Made by a program: the position numbers and the translations under genes | Notes under the pieces: model-generated | What the model saw: the letters and a program-made list of their open reading frames with translations, nothing else | What the model was told of the DNA's origin: nothing | The model's database searches: none | Shown here: in pieces, positions 11,047 through 19,200 of the stretch | Numbering within the stretch: position 1 is the first letter of the stretch | Layout of the letters: each line of letters begins with the position of its first letter | NCBI GenBank assembly: GCA_002269645.1 | Contig: NIVC01002228.1 | Coordinates: 1 to 29,343, forward strand | From: Macrostomum lignano | Lineage: Eukaryota | Length of the DNA: 29,343 nt | Direction of reading: 5' to 3'

Positions 11047-12109
11047 AGCTAGCCAGTCGACTGAGTGGAGAAAAATATAGACTAGAGCTAGAGGCAACTA
11101 GAAAGCCTGTCGCCTACAGATGATACCAGCTAACCAGCTTAGTCTATCGTCAAATCAGCAAAACAATTACGAAACTACCACATTAGAGTAGTCTGAAAAG
11201 ACTGACACAAAGTGTCAGCTTAGTTGATTACTATAGAAATTTAATTCAGCTTATTTATTTAAATTTTCTGATCAAGACAGGGCGATTTTGGTTAAGAAAC
11301 AATGGTTAATTTGTGAAATAAGGAATTTGCTAAGAAATTATGTCTTGTTTTTGTACACACGGCCTAAATAAATTTCAAGAATACTAAAATATAAAAGTGC
11401 AATTAAAATTCAATTATATGCAGTAAAAATTAAAAAAATTTTTTAGGAAATCATAGATACATAAAAACGACCAACTATTCTATCAGTTTTGTTTTACTGC
11501 GACTTTAATATTACTTGAAACAATGCAGCTCGGAGTGTAATTGATATAATTAGGGTGTACCGTGTTGGTATTATAAGAGGTAAGTCAATTTTTTGAATTG
11601 TCTCTCCTCTTATAATATCTCATATTGTCATTTACTTAAAGTTTTGTGTTGTACGGCTTCTCTCCGTTCTGATGCAAACCTCTAAAGTACGGCTGAATGT
11701 AGTGTACATGTACTTCAAGCTATATGCATGGCTACGATCGTACTTTGGTTTTGGCCTCAAGTCACAGAAGAGACATCATGTGTGCACCCAACAACACAAG
11801 CCTATGTGCAGAACACCTGGGCCGGTGGGGTTGATTTTTGCTGATTTATTCACAACCAACAAAGGCGTACCAAACGCATTAATAATTAATTTGGTTGTAG
11901 ATTTTGACATAAGTAGAACATGTACATGTATATATTACAAGCAAGCAAAGCAAGGATACAAACCTTAGAGATTTGTATATTTAGATTGCAGTCAGCTGTG
12001 TGATATTTGACATACCATGGAGAAGTTTGATCTTCACTTTTATAAATATTCGACAAGTCAAATATGGCTAATGGACACTTCGTCGATCAAATCCTTAGAC
12101 GACCTGCAT

Positions 12110-12550
12110 CAGATCGAGGCGTCACCATGGATTTTATGGTGGGGGACAAAGCCAAGAATTGTACATTTTGCATGACTAAATTCCTAAATTCGAAATCATT
12201 TTTGCGCCACAATCACTCATTTTAGCGCCGCAGGCACTCATTTTAGCGCCGCAGGCACTCATTTCAGCGCCGCAGGCACTCATCTTAGCGCGCCGTAGTC
12301 ACCATTTTGGTGCCGCAGGCGCTATGTTTTGTCACCCTGAAGCAAAATTATTCATTTCCGGTCAGCAAAGATAGGGTCTATTATTAAATTTTTTACATTA
12401 TTTTACACGCGATTTTACACGCGACCCATTTCTAAACGTCGCTGCTCCATAATGTGGGGGACAAAGAATCGGCATGTCCACCACCATAGCGTGGGGGGGG
12501 GGGGGCGGGGCCGTCATGTCCCCCTTGGTCCCCCAGTGGCGACGCCCCTG
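12110..12550. mobile_element. Degenerate GC-rich MITE-like element with an internal 21-bp tandem repeat
   Basis: Imperfect terminal inversion (GAGGCGTCACCA vs reverse complement GGGGCGTCGCCA), duplicated GTGGGGGACAAAG, GC-rich island in AT-rich flanks. Ends uncertain. Confidence 0.35.
12215..12320. repeat. 21-bp tandem repeat ACTCATTTTAGCGCCGCAGGC, about 5 copies
   Basis: Directly visible: three near-perfect and two degenerate copies. Confidence 0.9.
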
Positions 12551-13111
12551 GCCAGCATACAGTGTCATTTTATATTAAATGAGCAGCATTTCATTAAGTA
12601 AAAAGCAACTGCTCACCTGTGTTTTATACGCAGTTTTACACACATAAAATACATTTACTACTTGTCCTTGATTATTGCTTTTGTTTATTCTTTTACAAAA
12701 CTGAACTACATGTACGAGCTATATAACGCTATTTAAATTTTGAGTATAATACATAAGGTACCCGTGCATATTGCAAGGGTGTAAGGGTGTAACATGTACG
12801 TGTACAGAGATTAGTGGATTTTGTGGATTTTAATTAAAATTACGTACGCATTTGATTTAAAGCTATTTAAAAATAGACGCTTAAAGTAAACACAGATAGT
12901 ACGTTACATGTCTCTTGGTCTTATAAATCTACACGAGAATTCGCTACAAAAGTTACATTGTCGTTTCTTTCTTAGATGTACATGGTTTACACGTACATGT
13001 ATACAATTGCCTAGAAAGCGTACAAAAGTAAAAAAACTACGTTCGAGAGTAGAACGCCGTTTTCTGCAGTTTTGATCTTTCATAAAGAAAACCGATCGAA
13101 GCGACCCATTT

Positions 13112-14251
13112 CTAAACGTCGCTGCTCCATCGCGGGATGTCGGGGCATTCCTGCAGCAGCCGGGCAGCCGCATCGCCCGTCACCAGGGCAGTTAGCAGAC
13201 GCTGGTCGGAAGCTCCTTCACCGCCGTAGGGATTGGCTGCCACCGCAACAACAGCCGTCGAAGCTGTCATCCGGTCGGCTTTCTTGGCCATCAGACATCC
13301 GCCAGCTCGAACCCGGTGCACGTCATTTCCCCAGCAGTCGAGCACGGTGGCCCAGCCTCCGTTGATGACGATGAGCACACCCTGAAGGTCGCTGCCTGGC
13401 AGCAAAAGCGGCTGCCCATCTGCGAACCGTTTCAACTGGAAGCTGCCGTCAACCAGCTCGGCGAGGCGCCCGATGGAGACACTCGCCAGGGCTGGCGACC
13501 TGCTCAAGCTTTGAACAATTTGACTCCGTCTGCGGCGGACAGCCGGCAGGACGAAGGTCCAGTCCAGCACCCACAGGGAGCCTGGAGACAGCGGCTTCAC
13601 CGTGGCCTGCAGGTGCTGATGCTGCTGCTGATGTTTACTGACGGCAAAACCGACAACTCCGCTGTCTCTAAACAGGTGCAGCACCTGGCCACTGGCTTTG
13701 TCGGGCACTTCAGTCTTCACCTGGTAACTGCCGCTGCGAATCACCATTAGGTTATCGGTTGGTATGGTGTCTCCTGGAAATTATCGAGCAAATTATAAGT
13801 AATGAGCATTTGAAACTGTGACAGACGAATGATTACATGTAGATGTACTCGTAGTAGATCAGCAATGACAAGCACTATAAGAATGTCTGCAACTCACTCA
13901 GTCCAACCGGCTGCACGCGCATGGCGTCAGCAATTCTCTCCAGGTCGCTGTCCTCGAGCACATCTAAATATGAAGCGCTCCTAAGCGCTTTAACTATGCT
14001 CAACCGGTCTTCCGGCGATTTCTCGTAGAATGGCTGAAAATTTTAGTATAACTGGCTGTGAGCTTGGGACATGCGCGTCTAATTTGCACCGCAGAAGTGT
14101 CAACATTTCATCAGCAGATGCTTACCAAATTGGCCAGAATTTTTTTGTCGTTAAAGTCATAGCCGATGTCAAGTTTGTTAAAAAGAGTAATCAAGGACTT
14201 GCTAATCAGATGGGCTGGCTTTAATATAGGCAAGGAAGCGAGCTGGGCCAT
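13112..14251 (-). CDS. PKG/PKA-R-like tandem cyclic-nucleotide-binding-domain protein without a kinase domain (3 exons, ~307 aa)
   Basis: Exons 14126-14251, 13898-14033 and 13112-13773 with canonical GT-AG sites and consistent phases (0, 1). LPFYEKSPEDRLSIVKAL...LERIADAM, QATVKPLSPGSLWVLD and LAELVDGSFQLKRFADGQPLLLPG parallel PKG1 LPFYPKSPQSKDLIKEAI...IVDCM, TATVKTLVNVKLWAID and [20 protein letters not shown]. A further upstream exon cannot be excluded. Confidence 0.75.
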
Positions 14252-14800
14252 GGTGCCAAGAGTTAGCTTCGGACAAGGTGACTAAGACTGTTCGAAACGC
14301 TTAGAGAATCGATCCTGGCCCGCTTTCTCACCGCTCCGAGGTGCGGAAACTGACCAGCTATATAGATAACTCTACAAACTCAACAGCTTCGATTTTGTGG
14401 GCGAGTCCAAAGCAAATTTTTTCGCTCCGATTATTTCAGCAATTTTCTTTTTAAATCTAAATAATTTGTTTTGCATCAACTGTTTTGCTTCAATCTCGGA
14501 TCGAGTAGAATTACCTCTGCTAAAGGGACCTTCTGCCAATTTTGAATCCCTTCAACTGGCGCCGCTGAATACGATTGAAAAATAAAAATTGGAAGAGACC
14601 TAGGTTATTACAATAATTATCGTTTTTGCCATAGTCAAAAGCCTAGAAAGCAACTTTTCAGGAAAATTTACCTTTTAATTATTGCTTTGCGAGGCCGTAA
14701 TCAGAGAATTACGGCGAAACAACTGCTAAATATGGAATTTTTAGGTAGAAAAATTGTTGCGAAGATTGCTGGTACCAGGTCTGCCGCAATTGACTGCTGC

Positions 14801-15172
14801 CAGTGACGTGTGACTATCAGTGACGTGTGACTATCAGTGACGTGTGACTATCAGTGACGTGTGACTATCAGTGACTTGACTAATAGTGACTTGACTATCC
14901 GTGACGTGTGACTATCAGTGACGTGTGACTATCAGTGAAACTTGACTATCAGTGACGTGTGACTATCAGTGACGTGTGACTATCAGTGACGTGTGACTAT
15001 CAGTGACGTGTGACTATCAGTGAAACTTGACTATCAGTGACGTGTGACTATCAGTGACTTGACTATCAGTGACGTTGACTATCAGTGACGTGTGACTATC
15101 AGTGACGTGTGACTATCAGTGACTGTGACTATTAGTGAAACTTGACTATCCGTGACGTGTGACTGCCAGTGA
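14801..15172. repeat. 17-bp minisatellite CAGTGACGTGTGACTAT, about 22 copies
   Basis: Directly visible tandem array with shortened variants (CAGTGACTTGACTAT, CAGTGAAACTTGACTAT). Followed by AACCTAACC-type low-complexity sequence at about 15225-15295. Confidence 0.95.
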
Positions 15173-16229
15173 CAACTGCCGGCAATTCGATTATTTCATA
15201 TTGACTGCCAACTCTATCCCCATCACTAACCTTACCTGCAACCTAACCTACCAAACCTAAACCACATAAAATAAACCCTAATCCTGACTAACCTAAATAA
15301 TCGAGAGTCAAATGACTTGTATCCAGTATTTCAACCAACTGTTCTTGACTTGCGCTGATTCCACTTTATATAATTTAGAAGATACCATGATTTCGGATTT
15401 TTATCATGTTTGATTCATTCGTATAGTGTAGCTGTACATGTACCAGATACAAACCGGCACCAGACACACTACAATACACTCGGCCCGGGTCCATATCTGA
15501 TGGAACTGCCTTTAAGGGATCCCCTCTCAAGCCATGGCTGATTTTCTAGACATCGCTACCTCTAGGGAAAATTCCGCAGTTAAGAATGCCCATTTTGCCT
15601 CTCCGATGTTGAGAATACGAATCACTTCATCTGTGAATGCCCCCCAGCCTTTACTCAGGACAGGCTCACCTACCTCGGCCCAAACCCGGACGTTTACAGG
15701 CCCGGGAATTTCTGCAGTTCGCTATTTAAAGGCTAAGGGCTACTGGGCGAGCGACCATTTAACTCGCGTCGGCACCAGCACCACCGGATCTCCCGACACC
15801 GAAACACAAGCTGCCCAGAGACCTCTGAAGCTAAGTCAAGTGACGAAAGTAAGTCAAGTCTTTAAATTGGGAGGGGGGTGATTTCGCTTCAAAACGCTTT
15901 CATCTACTGAACAGTTTATTCTTCAAAATAATCCGTGCATAAATTATCGGATTACGGTGCAGACGCAGAGTGACTACTGCAGTAAATCAGTGAACTGAAC
16001 GCTACATGTATAACAAAATTAACAAATATAAGTATAAAAATTTAACGTAAATAAAATTATTTTAATAATATATAAAGCCAGTAAATATGCACGTCAGTTT
16101 CATTTAAATATTAAAGTATTGACTTGAAGTTTTCAAACACATTAACATTTCTCAAACAATGTGTGTACTTAGGCTTGTGGATTGTACATGTACTTCAGAG
16201 ATCATTAGATTCTAGCTCATTCTAGCTCT

Positions 16230-16235
16230 TTTATT
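16230..16235 (-). terminator. Candidate polyadenylation signal of DEG/ENaC gene 1
   Basis: AATAAA on the minus strand about 60 nt after the stop codon at 16292. Confidence 0.4.
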
Positions 16236-16291
16236 GTATCTCTGTTTTAGGGCATTTGGAAATTCAAACTGTTTAAGCTAAAAAAAACCGC

Positions 16292-19200
16292 TCAGAAAGC
16301 GGTCATTATGTCCGCCTCGTTGGGGCCATGTACCTCGGAATCCTTGAGTTCATTGCTACCAGCTGCTGAGCAACCCTCGGATGCGCTGGGCCTCTGTCGC
16401 AATTTCGCTGCGAGCCTTTGGCTAATGTAGATGAGCAGCTCGACCACCTCGCAGACAGTCAGAATCGAGACGCCTGACCAGAGACCCAAGGCGCCTGTAG
16501 ATTGAAAAAAATCGTTTACGATTCTAAGTGGGAATTCGATTGTCTACGTCTCTACGTAGCAAACAATTCGAATTAAATTTTTGCGATCGATACCGAAGTG
16601 AAATCATAGTGTATAGGTCACTCTGAAGTAGCTTTTACAACCCCTAGGAACTGGCCTGTACTGGACTCTATAGGTGCAAGTTTTGTTTTAGTTCTCCCGA
16701 CTTGCTTCCGCTTTGAGATCGCATTGGACTGAAACTCAACGCTGCAAAAGCTTTGGGAAAATTTTCAGAAACTTTTTGACGAAGTTTCGGTGCATTTTAT
16801 TGCTTTTAATTTTTACCACACCGTGATCTGATTCGAAACGCATGCTCGTAAAATATGAACGATTTCCTCCTATGTCTGCAACGAGATTCTTGGTAGGGTA
16901 GGCCTCCTCTTCGGTGATCTCCTGACCTTCGGAGGTCCACGCCTGAACTGTCAGTCTGGCCAGGCGGTTCTGCAGCGACTCGAGCTCTTTTTCGAAGCCC
17001 AGAATGTCCTTGGCGCTCTGATTGGCAAAAGGCACCCCGGTGAGGCTAAGTGACTTCAAGTACGCTTGGTAGAAATTGGCTACACCTCTAAGACCGCTAA
17101 CGCTGGTCCGGTAGCCGTAGTTGCTTGCAAGCTTCTGCAATAGCAGAGTGGATCTGGCAGTCTTCAAGTTAGGCCACGGATAAGTGACGTAACGGACACT
17201 GTAGCCGTCTGTCCGACACGGAGACTGACAGCGCTTCATCGCCTCAAACTCGTACTGGTTTATCCGCGATACCTGCTCATTGTACCGTATCTCAAGATCG
17301 ATAGACAAGTTGCCGATGTCCTTGGCGTCGAAACAGTAGCTGTACTGGTCGAATAAGTCCACCTTGACTGGCAGAATCGACGGTAAACAGTTGCAGTTTT
17401 CGATGAACTGCTGTACAATGTACGAATTGATGCAATCCTCTCTACCGGAGACGTTGAACTGTCGCTCAGTGGCAGTCAGAACGCTGGATAAACGTTAAGT
17501 TATGACCAGTGAAATATCATGCACTTTTATCTGTTCTACGCTCGTACCTTCGATGCTAGCTAAAGCTCAACGCAATTATTTCTCAAGCACTGACCTTGAA
17601 CTGTTCGGCAGTAGCAGCATCGCCCGGAGTCTTCTGATCATCTCAGACCAATTCTCAGAGTGGCCGACCAACTCTGCAGCTTCCTCCATTCTGAAGAATG
17701 TTTAATTCAGTTCAAAGGAGCCATTGAAACCTTCTGCTTTAATTTGCCGTAGGCAATTTTCAAGAAAATTTAATGTCACTGAAGAAAGTTACCTACTTTA
17801 GGTCTTCGTTTGACATGGACTTCTTCCATGACGGCAGTCGATATACAATTGGCTCGGTGGTCTCTAGGCACGGCCTCGATGCAGTTGAGAGTCTGGAGTA
17901 TCTTTCGAACCTGAGCTGCACGTCCATGCGTTGGGAGGCGGCCACGTCGATGCCCTTGGACGACCAGGGGAACGAGTCTTCCGGAACAATGATCGCCTAG
18001 GAGTGGAAGGTTGTGGTAATAGTTTTGGATTTACGTGGGGTTTCTGCACTAGACTTCTTATTTTACAATCATTTGAGACATTTGACAATTTCATTTGAAT
18101 TTTTTAAAATGTTTCGCATTTTGGCACAAAATAAAAGAAACATGCTTTCTAAGTCTTTCCAAGGTAGGTTCAGTCAAGTCTGCATTGACTTTCTGGATGT
18201 AACTTTTTTGTTACCTCAGGGTTAGCTTAGCTCTCGCTTTTGAGTTTTTAGTGTACAGTTTTGTGTGTTTTTGTCTTTGACTTCAGTCATTTTTATGATT
18301 CGGTGCAAAAATTTTTAATGACTACACCTCGATCAACTTTCCTTGTGTGCCTTTACTGATTCGCAAATGATATCTCATTGTGCACTTTCACATCCGGATT
18401 GTGATTCCTCTATCAAAAACACACCGCTTACCTTGAAAGCCAGGTCGCTGATCTCCAAGCTCATACCGTTATGAAACGCACTGGTCATTTCGGGCATGTC
18501 CTCGACTGTTTTCCCTTTAGAGTCTGTGGAGTCGGTGAAGTACGTTATTGACAGCTGACTCCCTGCTAGCTGGGTGCTCGACATGTTGGCGATGAAGCTC
18601 TGCTTGAGAAACTGGTGGCACATTCCCAGCTGCGGATGGTCGATATTGACGAAGTGCTCCTTGGTGCATTTCTGGCCAGCGAAGGTGCAGTCGGCCAGGC
18701 CGATGCTGAGGTCGTTGCTGAACTGCCTGGCGAGCAGGTGGCTGCCGACCGAGTCAGTGAAGACGCCTCTGACGCTGGTTTCAGCAGCTGAAATTTTTGT
18801 GCCGACAGGCAATGCGTGAAGCTCAGAATTTATAGTTTTAACAACTTTTAGGCTCCGACTTACAACAAGTAGGAATTGTGCAGCGTTCGAATGCCATCTC
18901 AAAAAACTGAGTTTGAAAAATTGGTACCGACATTGTGTGCAGCAGAGATGGATCGGCAAAGCAGACGGGAGAATTGGAGATTAACACTGGGTGCCGTCTG
19001 AAAGTGATGTTAAAAATGAGATGCAGTCGTTCTACAGCTGCTTGCAAAAAATGAGGCTAGTGAAACTCACGTGAAGGTGCCGTTCTCAGTTTCCGCTAGG
19101 TCAATAACTATGCTCACTGGACGACAAAAGTTGTCGCTGGTGTTCCCAATACGGTCGGGGGTTTGAATCTTTAGTCGCAGCAGTTTTTCAACAAAGCGAA

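Noticed and set aside
14801-15172. CRISPR-like appearance of the 17-bp array
   Set aside because: Units are directly adjacent with no unique spacers, the context is eukaryotic, and there are no cas genes.
15534-15881. 115-aa plus-strand ORF in a GC-richer patch
   Set aside because: No motif, splice context or TIR/TSD could be established; possibly an unclassified repeat.
11700-16195. Frequent TACATGTA palindromes in intergenic DNA
   Set aside because: Irregularly spaced with no associated structure; likely a genome-wide compositional feature.
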